Made by a program: the position numbers and the translations under genes. The notes under the pieces were generated by a model. The model was given only the letters and a program-made list of their open reading frames with translations. It had not been told where the DNA came from and did no database searches. From Candidatus Atelocyanobacterium thalassae (GTDB lineage Bacteria > Cyanobacteriota > Cyanobacteriia > Cyanobacteriales > Microcystaceae): DNA of 64,000 bases. Within the stretch, counting starts at the first letter, position 1. Each line of letters opens with the position of its first letter. The stretch is from assembly GCA_051971635.1 (NCBI GenBank), contig JBFPLN010000001.1:64001-128000 (forward strand), given 5' to 3'. This document shows positions 52,770 to 61,893 of the stretch, in pieces.

Positions 52770-54125
52770 TTATTGAGCAATAAATACTCCTATTCCATTG
52801 TGAATTTTTGCGGCACTAAATGGAAACCGATCGACTAATTGGCCACCTAAAACTAAACTAGTAGAACTTCCTCCATCTAAATTTAAGGCACTAGTCGATC
52901 CTAATTTTTGCATAATTTGTATCATTTCATTTAAATTAACCCCATTACTACCTATACTATTATGAACTGTCACTAATATAATTTTTCCTTGGTTAGTAAT
53001 ACCTATTGCACTTCGAGAAGCTTTCTGCTTTTGAAAGCTTTTTGTAAATTTTTCATCTTGTATATTTAAAGAAACAAAGCCATTATTGATCAATAATGGT
53101 CCTGCACCTAATATATGAGGAAATTGATTAAATTTTTTAGGAATAGTATGACTTACTATTTTCAATCTGTTTCCTATAAGAAATAAATTAGATCTAAAAA
53201 TCTTTTTACGAATAACTAATAGATATCCATTGTTAGGAATATTATAAGACTGCTTTATCTTCTTGGATTTTTGCTTTTCTATCACCCTATCATTTTTGAT
53301 GGAAATAATAATTTCATTATTACTAATAGTTGTATATTTCTCTCCCCATTGAGGAGTATAACGAGATATTCCAGCTTGAATATATCCACTATTCAATCCT
53401 TGAATAGTAATTTCTTCGCCATTATCAACAATCAAAGTCTCTTGTAAACTTAAATTATCAATAAAGAATTTCCCATTTTCATTCCACCCAATAGCCCCAC
53501 GTTCTAGAATAGGACTCGATAACCAATTATTATCTTGACGAATAGCCCCTAAGGGTAGCTTATTGTTTCTATTAAAATAACCTCCATTAATTGCAGCCAC
53601 AACCTGCCATTTTTTGGCAATTTTTTCTAAGGAAGAAGTTCCAATTTGACTATTAAAATTACTAGTAATTGGTTTTAATATAACTTTCGAAGATTTATTA
53701 TCAATTTCCAGAAGATTTACGGGAAAAATATTATAACCTTTCCTACTCTTAACTGTTATGAACTGTTGTCTCCAAACAACACCTGGAACCCAGACAATTT
53801 CTTTAGGAAGAATTGTTTTCGTAAAATTATAGTCTTTATAGGGGTTAATCCTAGAAAAGGTAAAAGTGTTGGTGTGAAATGGATTAATATTAAATTTTAG
53901 TAACTCTATGTCTTCATTTGAGAAGAATAAATGCTTATCGAGTAAATAGTTCGTATTATTTATTATTTTATTAGCCCTATTTCTAACTTTTGGAAATAGA
54001 AGAGAATTGTTGTTGGAAGATATATTCTTAGCGTTTCCTACTCTATAAGTTAGTATACTAAAAGGTAATTCTAGTAATAGGATTATAGATATAAGCTTAA
54101 GGGAATACCAAATAGATCTAGTCAT
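52770..54125 (-). CDS. Phosphodiester glycosidase (NAGPA/DUF2233) family exported protein
   Basis: AAINGGYF, GAGPLL, RSAIG, ALNLDGGSST. Confidence 0.85.
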   Translation of the reverse strand: MTRSIWYSLKLISIILLLELPFSILTYRVGNAKNISSNNNSLLFPKVRNRANKIINNTNYLLDKHLFFSNEDIELLKFNINPFHTNTFTFSRINPYKDYNFTKTILPKEIVWVPGVVWRQQFITVKSRKGYNIFPVNLLEIDNKSSKVILKPITSNFNSQIGTSSLEKIAKKWQVVAAINGGYFNRNNKLPLGAIRQDNNWLSSPILERGAIGWNENGKFFIDNLSLQETLIVDNGEEITIQGLNSGYIQAGISRYTPQWGEKYTTISNNEIIISIKNDRVIEKQKSKKIKQSYNIPNNGYLLVIRKKIFRSNLFLIGNRLKIVSHTIPKKFNQFPHILGAGPLLINNGFVSLNIQDEKFTKSFQKQKASRSAIGITNQGKIILVTVHNSIGSNGVNLNEMIQIMQKLGSTSALNLDGGSSTSLVLGGQLVDRFPFSAAKIHNGIGVFIAQ

Positions 54126-54409
54126 TTGTTAAATCTTTATCAAATATATTAAAAAGTATAGATACTATTTTAGGAAAGTTTATAACAACTTAAAAAAAAT
54201 ATGATTAGTTTATATCCTTTCTACGCTTCCATTGAAAATCAAAGTATTACCGATTATAGTTAATGAAAATTGTAACTTTTCTTAATTAGCTAGTCATTTA
54301 TATTCAAACCTAATAATTAAAAAATTAAAAACAACAAGAAATAAAATAACTTCTTGTTGTTCCAATTAGATACAAGGTTTGAAGGAAATTATTTATTACT
54401 TTTCAGCAA

Positions 54410-54586
54410 TTATAAATTTTCAGGAAAAATTTGTTCGAAATTTGCAATAAGTTCATCTAGTTCTTCAAGAGCTTGTTTTACATCAATTCTTAAAATACCT
54501 AGATCTGGTTTTTCTAAAAGTCCTACTAAAAATTCTCGTTTGTCTTTGATCAATTTTACTTGTTCCTGAATTGTTTCTTTAGTCAT
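54410..54586 (-). CDS. Small conserved cyanobacterial helical protein (58 aa)
   Basis: MTKETIQ..LLEKPDLGILRIDVKQALEELDELI..F..IFP resembles a conserved cyanobacterial family; ATG 54586 preferred. Confidence 0.7.
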   Translation of the reverse strand: MTKETIQEQVKLIKDKREFLVGLLEKPDLGILRIDVKQALEELDELIANFEQIFPENL

Positions 54587-54949
54587 TTTTATTATCCAAA
54601 AACTTATTCTAACCTTAACATAAAAAAATATCTCTTTTAGACTTTTTTCAATCAACTTTTTTTATAAATATTATTTCACATAATATATGACTGATATATT
54701 TCTGGATAATAGCTTGATTAAAAATATTAAAATATATATCTTTACAAAATTATATATTTTATTAATTCGTACATTAGTAGATTATTTAAAGTCTAAAAGT
54801 TTTCATAGCATCTTTAATCAAAAAATAGTATTTAACAATATTCTAAAAATTAATGTAGATACTTTATATCAAAAAAGGATTATTGAAATAATCCTTTTTT
54901 GATATAGTAAGAATAAAACTTACTTCTTCTTTATTATTTTTCCTTTATA

Positions 54950-55417
54950 TTATGCTATGGTTTCAATTATTTTTTGCACTATCTCTATACCACTAACAGC
55001 CTGCCAAGCAAATAAAACAACAATACAAAGGTTCAAAACCATATGCGCGTGACGAGCTAAATTATTTCCTTTTTGCATGAATGGTACTAAAGAAGTAGAA
55101 ATTGCAATTAGACCAGTCATACTTAAACCAACTAGTAAATGGGGACTAAAAAATAATTTATCATTATTAATATAGGTTATAGCCATACCACCAAGATTAC
55201 CTAAAACTATAATAATTAAAAGCAATGCTCCTAATTGGTAATGTCTATTATTTTTTTTAATCAATTCTTTACTAGTACGTTGCCCAGATATACGAATATA
55301 TCGTAGCTGAAATCCTAAATATGAAATATAGGAAAGTAATAATAATGTACTTAACATTATTACAGGATGAATTAATTGTGACCAGAACTTAGTAAACTCT
55401 AATGTGTCAGTGACCAT
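54950..55417 (-). CDS. DUF4079 family membrane protein
   Basis: IHPVIM, GGMAITY.NN.KLF..PHLLVG, AR..H..LN, WQAVSG. Confidence 0.8.
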   Translation of the reverse strand: MVTDTLEFTKFWSQLIHPVIMLSTLLLLSYISYLGFQLRYIRISGQRTSKELIKKNNRHYQLGALLLIIIVLGNLGGMAITYINNDKLFFSPHLLVGLSMTGLIAISTSLVPFMQKGNNLARHAHMVLNLCIVVLFAWQAVSGIEIVQKIIETIA

Positions 55418-55488
55418 AATATTAATTAAAATTATCTAACAATAAATCCACATAGGTTAAGCTATCATATAATTCAATTAGAAAAAAA

Positions 55489-55743
55489 TTATTTTTCTAA
55501 ACGAACTACATACCATTGTAGATAAGTATGAGAACCTATTTCTAGATCACAAAAATTTTCCATTAAATATTTAGCCTGAGATTCCAAAGATTTCATGCTT
55601 TGTAATTCTCGAGGTAGATCATCTTGACGATTAGATAAAATATTTTTAAGTTTTTCTAATAACTCTTCATAGGTTAAAAATTCTTGTTTATTTGGTTCAA
55701 GAACAACAAAACCATCCTCTTTATACATAATTGAGTCTGACAT
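55489..55743 (-). CDS. crr7: Chlororespiratory reduction protein 7 (NDH-1 assembly factor)
   Basis: MSDSIMY.ED.FVVLE, QA.YL....C.L, LQWYVVRLEK. Confidence 0.85.
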   Translation of the reverse strand: MSDSIMYKEDGFVVLEPNKQEFLTYEELLEKLKNILSNRQDDLPRELQSMKSLESQAKYLMENFCDLEIGSHTYLQWYVVRLEK

Positions 55744-55764
55744 AATATTTAAAAAATAGTTTAG

Positions 55765-56622
55765 TTATGGATATCTTTGAAATATAACAACTTTTTTACC
55801 TATTACGGGACTTCTCGCAAGGATTGTATTTTCTAAATTTTTAATAGTTAGCTTTAAAAAATTTAGTGTTTGTACATGTGCAAAAATTTCTTCGGCCCAA
55901 TCATCTTGTTCCTTGGCTGATAAGTTATACCATTCTGTGTTAACAAACAATATTAAGCAATTTTTAGGGAAATCAATTTCGATTTTATCTACAAGTGTTT
56001 CATAATGATTAGTCATTAAGTTATTTATCTTATTCTGAATACTAATAATAAGATTTTCTTCTGGCGTTAGTAATTGTGACACTAGGATGTGATCGCTTTT
56101 TTGATCAACAGTATCAGCTGAATTTGGACGAACAATGGCTTTTATAAATATTGACTCAATATATTGACCTTTGCTAAATGAAAATATTAATAAAGTAGAT
56201 ATTATAGTTATAACAGCTGAATATATGATTATTTTTTTGATAGAAACCAAAGAAATTTGAAAGTTAGCTAAAGTATTGAAGAAGGAATATTTGCCAGTAT
56301 TATTGATACCAATGCTTTTTTGAAATGCTGTGTTATTTTTAGTCTGATTTCCTATATTTTTACCATTAGTAGAGCAATTCATAATATAAGATTTTAATTC
56401 TTGTTCTATAATACTATTAATTACTTTTATATGATTAGCTAGAATATTAATTTTTTTTGCATGCAATGGAGAATTGATGTTATTACAACTGATGCTATTT
56501 ATATAGTGGTATACTTCTACAATAAACGAGTCTAATAGGTTTTCATTAATAAGATTATCTTCTAAACTATTAGTAATATTCATATATTTTAAATGTATTT
56601 CAGAGCTTTTTTTGTTTGACAT
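55765..56622 (-). CDS. Conserved cyanobacterial single-TM hypothetical protein
   Basis: LTPEENLI..IQ, WYNLS...QD, LARSPVIG in the C-terminal domain; divergent N-terminus. Confidence 0.65.
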   Translation of the reverse strand: MSNKKSSEIHLKYMNITNSLEDNLINENLLDSFIVEVYHYINSISCNNINSPLHAKKINILANHIKVINSIIEQELKSYIMNCSTNGKNIGNQTKNNTAFQKSIGINNTGKYSFFNTLANFQISLVSIKKIIIYSAVITIISTLLIFSFSKGQYIESIFIKAIVRPNSADTVDQKSDHILVSQLLTPEENLIISIQNKINNLMTNHYETLVDKIEIDFPKNCLILFVNTEWYNLSAKEQDDWAEEIFAHVQTLNFLKLTIKNLENTILARSPVIGKKVVIFQRYP

Positions 56623-56917
56623 AACTCCATTTTTACGCGTCTCTAATTATTAGCTTATAATAAAAAAAATAGACAATAATACTCGCTAATAAAATATAGA
56701 TAATAAAACTAAAAATAAAATAGTTTGGAAACTTATTTATCAATTAGATCTTATTTTTGATATGATAACGCATAAAAATCTATGTAAAGATATTTCCTTA
56801 ATAAACTATTATAGTTTTGATCTAACCTTTAATCTTATCCATAAAATTGATTTGATTTAGAAGAAAATGTTAATATTGTCCAAAGAACGAGAATAAAAAT
56901 CATTAGCTTAGTTTGTC

Positions 56918-56979
56918 ATTAATATTGTATGATTTCATTCAAAATTAATATTGTATGATTTCATTCAAAATTAATATTG
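56918..56979. repeat. Perfect 26-bp tandem repeat, about 2.4 copies
   Basis: ATTAATATTGTATGATTTCATTCAAA at 56918-56943 and 56944-56969, partial copy 56970-56979. Confidence 0.9.
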
Positions 56980-57036
56980 ACTAACTACTAACTAGATTTT
57001 ATCTCTTAAACACCTAGGATTAAGGAAAGCACTTCA

Positions 57037-57276
57037 ATGACAATTTATATGCGACAAATTCCTACTGGTATTACAGAGGCAGAAGTTACCGATGTTTTCA
57101 AAAAACATGGAGAAGTTAAACAAGTTCGTTTCCCTCTTGATCCAAAAACTGGAGAAAGAATAGGATATGCCCTAATAGATATGGGTGATAAAGAACAAGA
57201 AGAAGACACAATTGAAGAACTAAATGGAGAAGATTTGCAAGGAGTTAAACTTAGACTAAATAGAAATGTTGATTAA
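57037..57276 (+). CDS. Divergent single-RRM RNA-binding protein (Rbp paralog)
   Basis: Collinear with the neighbouring Rbp (VFKKHGEVKQV, ELNG); RNP1 changed to IGYALIDM; AAGGA RBS. Confidence 0.8.
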   Translation: MTIYMRQIPTGITEAEVTDVFKKHGEVKQVRFPLDPKTGERIGYALIDMGDKEQEEDTIEELNGEDLQGVKLRLNRNVD

Positions 57277-57861
57277 ACAAAATAAACTCAACAACTACTA
57301 TTTGTCTTGAATAATCAATTCATTAACTTCATTTAAACAATCTTTCTCTTAGGTTGTCATAAGAATTAGCTTAACTAGGTTTTGGTACTAACGAACATAC
57401 TCATTAGTTACCATTAAGCATTTCCATAGCTTCGTACTTGGTTATCATCAATTGTTATTGACAACCTTTTTTTTCATGCAGATACAAATTACTTAATTAA
57501 TATTTTTACAAATATTAATTAACAATGAAAGATAAGAAATGATGTTTTACAGACAGTAAAGATATTTATAGTATTTCCCATAGTTATTTTATATATACTA
57601 ATTTTAAGTATATTAAACAATCTATCTAAGTATATTTAAGCAATAGCAAGTAATGAATACTACTTATCTTAAAAGATAATAAATTATTTATTATCTTTGT
57701 AGTATCGAGTAAACAACCTATAAACGTCATATTATTGATTGTTGATATAAAGTTATAGTTTTATTTATAAATTGCTGAAAATTTGTTTGTTCGTTACTTT
57801 TAGAAAATTGCTCTTGCTTAAAATAAAGTGTTAAGATAACCCATGATAATTGAGGGTGAGG

Positions 57862-57977
57862 ATCGGTAGTCAAGTTTGTTGTCAGTATCGAATAGGTGTT
57901 TGTCCGAAGTTAATATTGGCCAACTACTCTCCGAAGTTTTATCTCTCTGCAATTCTAAGATTAAGGAGAATATCCCC
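57862..57977 (+). promoter_or_regulatory. Cyanobacterial rbp 5' leader with Box III/II/I elements
   Basis: ATCGGTAG (57862), TTTGTTGTCAGT (57875), TCTCCGAA (57928) and RBS AAGGAGA match the described rbp leader boxes. Confidence 0.65.
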
Positions 57978-58223
57978 ATGTCAATTTATATTGGCAACCT
58001 TTCCTTCAAGACAACAGAAGCAGATATTACTAATGTCTTTAAAGAGCATGGTGAAGTTAAAAGAGTTTATCTTCCTTCTGATCAAGAGACTGGAAAAATG
58101 CGAGGTTTCGGTTTTGTAGAAATGGAGACAGAAGACCAAGAAACTACTGCGATTGACGAGCTGAACGGAGCAGAATGGATGGGGAGAACACTAAAAGTTA
58201 ATAAAGCGAAACCCCGTGAATAG
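57978..58223 (+). CDS. rbp: Single-RRM RNA-binding protein (Rbp)
   Basis: MSIYIGNL (RNP2), RGFGFVEM (RNP1), GAEWMGRTLKVNKAKPRE; ATG 57978 after RBS. Confidence 0.95.
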   Translation: MSIYIGNLSFKTTEADITNVFKEHGEVKRVYLPSDQETGKMRGFGFVEMETEDQETTAIDELNGAEWMGRTLKVNKAKPRE

Positions 58224-58341
58224 ACTTCTAGATATTAACTTAACAAAATCAATTAAAATTATAGACTCTAATTGATTACTCTAGAAGTTTTTTGTTTATT
58301 TCTATTGAAAAATTGTTTATTATTTACATCGAGGATACATT

Positions 58342-58509
58342 ATGGCTAAACGTCGAAACTTAAAAAAAGAAAAAGCTGAAAGAAATCAAGCATATGCTCG
58401 TCAATTCCGTCAAAAAACTTCCCGTTCTTTTTCCCGAGGAAGATCTTACTCTAACAATCGTAGCGATCAAGAAGATACAAATGCTGATGATACTAACGAC
58501 AATAACTAA
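58342..58509 (+). CDS. Small basic/acidic protein, 55 aa (missing from ORF track)
   Basis: GAGGA RBS at 58331; MAKRRNLKKEKAERNQAYARQFRQKTSRSFSRGRSYSNNRSDQEDTNADDTNDNN*; higher GC than flanks. Confidence 0.8.
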   Translation: MAKRRNLKKEKAERNQAYARQFRQKTSRSFSRGRSYSNNRSDQEDTNADDTNDNN

Positions 58510-58536
58510 AAATACTTGTTTTTAAGTAATATACGG

Positions 58537-58582
58537 AAAATGGGAATTTTAATATTCCCTTTTTTAATATCCCATTTTTTTT
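58537..58582. terminator. Possible bidirectional terminator between the small ORF and murJ
   Basis: AAAATGGGA...TCCCATTTT inverted repeat with an internal alternative TTCCC, flanked by A and T runs. Confidence 0.5.
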
Positions 58583-58592
58583 AATTTTATTG

Positions 58593-60203
58593 CTATCGTT
58601 GTAACTTCCTCTTTAACTGATTGCTTAAAAGTTGAACTTCAGGTAGTTTTAGCTGCATAGATAATATAAAAAATATTCCTAAGATAGTACTAATAGAAAT
58701 AAATAATTGTAGATATTGTAATCCTAAATTATTACTAATATATATATATTGGAATAAGTGATCTACTATCCAACCGACCAAAGCCGCTATGAAAGATATT
58801 CCTATAAGACTTAATATACTTATACTCCATTCCTTAATTGGTAGTCTCTGTAAACGATTATTTAGAATTACTAGAAATATTAATATAGAAATTAAATTAA
58901 CTAGAATAGTTGCAAATACTAATCCAGATGTTCCAAAAGACTGATATAAGAAAAAATCTAATAAACCATTTAGAAATATATTAAACAGGCTAACGCGAAA
59001 AGGTGTTTCACCATCACCTAATGCGTAAAAAACTCTAACTAAAACATCCCTTACTAAATAAAAAAGCATTCCTGTTCCATAAGCAATCAAAACTGGAGTT
59101 ACTATAATTACATCGTTTACTTCAAACGCACCACGTTGATAGATTATGCGAATAATTTTAGGAGCAAGAGCAACAAAAACTGCTGTTAAAGGCAACATGG
59201 TTAAAGCGCTTAGAAATATACCTTGACGAATTCTTAACTTTAGCTCGTTCCAATTCTCTGGCATAGTTAATTGTGAAAAGATAGGCATAAATGGAACTAA
59301 AATCATATTAGAAATTATTCCCAAAGGAGTTAAAACGATAAAATTAGCATATCTCATTGCCGCTGCTGCATCAGGAATAAATGATGCAAAAAATAAGTCA
59401 GTATAAACATTAATATGTAACATACCCGAAGCAAAAGTAGCGGGTATCATTATTTTTGTTATATCTTTTAGTCCAGGTATATTGAATTGAAAGCGCAGTT
59501 TTATCCCACCTATCCCGCTTCTCCATTGAGCTTGAAGCTGAGCTAACCACTGGAATAAGCCACCAATCAAAGTTCCTCCTGCTAAAACCATACCTCCTAG
59601 ATACCAATTATCTTGTTCATTGATATCTTGACCTGTATGCCAAATTAAAGCCCATACTCCAAGAGATATAACTACACTTGAAAATAAGGGACTAATACTA
59701 GGCAATAGATACTGATTAGAAGCATTAAGAGTCCCAAAGCCTATACCAATTAGCCCTGATAGTAGTGCTAATGGTGCCATAATTTGTAACTGCTCGATAG
59801 CGATTAATTTCGTCTCTTCTCCAAGTCCAGGAGCTAGAATTGAAATAAATGTATCGGCAAATAAAATAAGGATAATAGTAATTACTAATAAAAATATAGT
59901 TACTAATGTGGTAACTGACTCAACTAGAGGTGCTATTTCAGTTTTTTTTCGCTTAGATAAAACACTAATCAGGGAACTATGGAATGGCCCGTTAATTCCT
60001 CCTAATAAAATCAGGAAAAAACCAGGAATAACATACGCATATGAGTAAGCATTGATGACTGGCCCCACACCAAATGCTGCTGCAATTGATTGTTCTCGAA
60101 TCAATCCAAATAATTTACTTATTAAAGTTGCAAATGCTACTATTCCAGCTACATCAATTAAAGAACGAGATTTTTTTTTATTTAGTGACACAAAGCTTCT
60201 CAT
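58593..60203 (-). CDS. murJ: Lipid II flippase MurJ (MviN); start uncertain (60191-60248)
   Basis: ATLISKLFGLIRE..IAAAFG, GGINGP, RGAF, RVFYALGD..TPF. Confidence 0.93.
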   Translation of the reverse strand: MRSFVSLNKKKSRSLIDVAGIVAFATLISKLFGLIREQSIAAAFGVGPVINAYSYAYVIPGFFLILLGGINGPFHSSLISVLSKRKKTEIAPLVESVTTLVTIFLLVITIILILFADTFISILAPGLGEETKLIAIEQLQIMAPLALLSGLIGIGFGTLNASNQYLLPSISPLFSSVVISLGVWALIWHTGQDINEQDNWYLGGMVLAGGTLIGGLFQWLAQLQAQWRSGIGGIKLRFQFNIPGLKDITKIMIPATFASGMLHINVYTDLFFASFIPDAAAAMRYANFIVLTPLGIISNMILVPFMPIFSQLTMPENWNELKLRIRQGIFLSALTMLPLTAVFVALAPKIIRIIYQRGAFEVNDVIIVTPVLIAYGTGMLFYLVRDVLVRVFYALGDGETPFRVSLFNIFLNGLLDFFLYQSFGTSGLVFATILVNLISILIFLVILNNRLQRLPIKEWSISILSLIGISFIAALVGWIVDHLFQYIYISNNLGLQYLQLFISISTILGIFFILSMQLKLPEVQLLSNQLKRKLQR

Positions 60204-60480
60204 AAAAAAACTAGTCACCATTATTAAAGATTTTGTTATAGTAAGCAAGATTTCAGCATGTCAAGGTCTTACATTTTGTAATCAATAGCCATTCTAAAAA
60301 TCTTTAAGTTAATATAAAATAACTTAAAGGTGATAGTTTTTTTATTCCAAAAGCTTACTTAGTAAATTCAATACTAGTACAACATATAGATATTGACTTA
60401 TAGACTTGATTTTTTTTGCATGAAATATGAAATAAGGTTTTTTTGTTTTTCTAATATGAAATTAAATTTACATAAGCAAT

Positions 60481-61800
60481 TCAATTATTATTATATTTTT
60501 GTTTTCCCAAGAGATATCTAGTTTCAGCAGCAGCTTTTTTCATAGCCACTTCTGGAGTTAATTGATTAGTAACTGCAGCACTTAGATAACGCTGTAAAAT
60601 ATCGGAAGCTTGTGCATATTGAGGAATAGGTGGACGCAGAATCGAGTTTTCTATTACATTTAATAACTCGGGATAATAGGAAAACTTAGCTAATATTTTA
60701 GGGTCATTAAATAAGGAACGGCGACTAGGAACATATCCAGTTGCTAAAATAAATTTACGTTGTACTTCTTCGCTGCTAAAAAATTTGATTACTTCCCACG
60801 CTGCATCAGGATGTTGACTATTCTTTGTAATACCTAATCCCCAGCCTCCTAAACAAGAACCACTAAGATAATTATTAGCGTGTACCATAGGCTTAATCTT
60901 AAATTTTCCTGCGATGGGGGAACTATTGTCAGACAATAATCCAAAAGCATAAGGCCAATTACGCATAAAAACAGCATTTCCAGTTTGGAAAAGGCGTCTC
61001 ACCTCCTCTTCGGCATAAGTAGTTACTCCCATTGGAGAGATTTTATTATCTAATGTGCTGCGTAGAAAATTAACTGCCTCAATAGCTTTTGGATTATCCA
61101 AACCAACTTCTAATGTATAAGGATTGATCCAAAATGCACCGTATCCATTTAAGATCTCCATGAACATTGCAGATAATCCTTCATATTGCTTGCCAGTCCA
61201 TAAATAACCCCATTCAGTTAACTTTTTCTCTTGTAGAACACGAGATATATTTATTAGCTCTTCAAAAGTATCTGGGGGTTTATATCCAGTCTTTTCTAAC
61301 AAGTCGCTACGGTAATAGAGAATTCCTCCATCAGAGCGTATAGGAATACGATATAGTTCGCCCTGATATATCCCACCGTTAATATCTCCTTCTAAAAAGG
61401 CTGCTAAGTCTACTTTTGATAGCCTATCTGATAAACTTCTCAACCACCCTGCGGCAGCAAATTTAGATACCCATACAATATCCATAAATACTAGATCATA
61501 GGGAGAATTTCCTAATAAAAAAGAAGAAGTATATAAATCTTCAACTTGGTTAGTGGCATTAGGACCCTCAATAATTTCTAGTTCTATATGAGAATGTTGA
61601 TAGTTAAATTCTTCTACAAAAGGTTCCCATTGAGTTGCTTCTAATGCTTGCATCATTAACGTAACTTTTATAGGCTCAGCAGAAGAACTTGAGGTGATAG
61701 ATATAAAAGTTAAGAATAAACAAAAAATTACCAACACTAAAAAACGAGTAATAAAAAAAAAATTAGCTGATAATAATTTGATTAACTGGTTAACTTTCAT
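60481..61800 (-). CDS. Carbohydrate ABC transporter substrate-binding protein
   Basis: MDIVWV..FAAAGWL, LYYRSDLL, QYEGL, FMRNWPYA, LGGWGLGI. Confidence 0.9.
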   Translation of the reverse strand: MKVNQLIKLLSANFFFITRFLVLVIFCLFLTFISITSSSSAEPIKVTLMMQALEATQWEPFVEEFNYQHSHIELEIIEGPNATNQVEDLYTSSFLLGNSPYDLVFMDIVWVSKFAAAGWLRSLSDRLSKVDLAAFLEGDINGGIYQGELYRIPIRSDGGILYYRSDLLEKTGYKPPDTFEELINISRVLQEKKLTEWGYLWTGKQYEGLSAMFMEILNGYGAFWINPYTLEVGLDNPKAIEAVNFLRSTLDNKISPMGVTTYAEEEVRRLFQTGNAVFMRNWPYAFGLLSDNSSPIAGKFKIKPMVHANNYLSGSCLGGWGLGITKNSQHPDAAWEVIKFFSSEEVQRKFILATGYVPSRRSLFNDPKILAKFSYYPELLNVIENSILRPPIPQYAQASDILQRYLSAAVTNQLTPEVAMKKAAAETRYLLGKQKYNNN

Positions 61801-61893
61801 AATAGTCTCTATAAATATATTTATGTTTTTATCTCTGAAATGAAAAACAGCTATTAATAATAAAAATAGAAAAAGGTGAGTAATTTGCTTAAC

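Noticed and set aside
54687..54902. 71-aa ORF, and likewise 54354-54569
   Set aside because: Low-complexity AT-driven translation with no motif; 54354-54569 is antisense to a real small gene.
56918..56979. 26-bp repeat as a possible CRISPR array
   Set aside because: Units are directly adjacent with no spacers and no cas genes nearby.
57850..58119. 89-aa alternate-frame ORF and the 34-aa N-terminal extension of rbp in the ORF track
   Set aside because: They run through the conserved rbp leader; the real start is ATG 57978 after the RBS.
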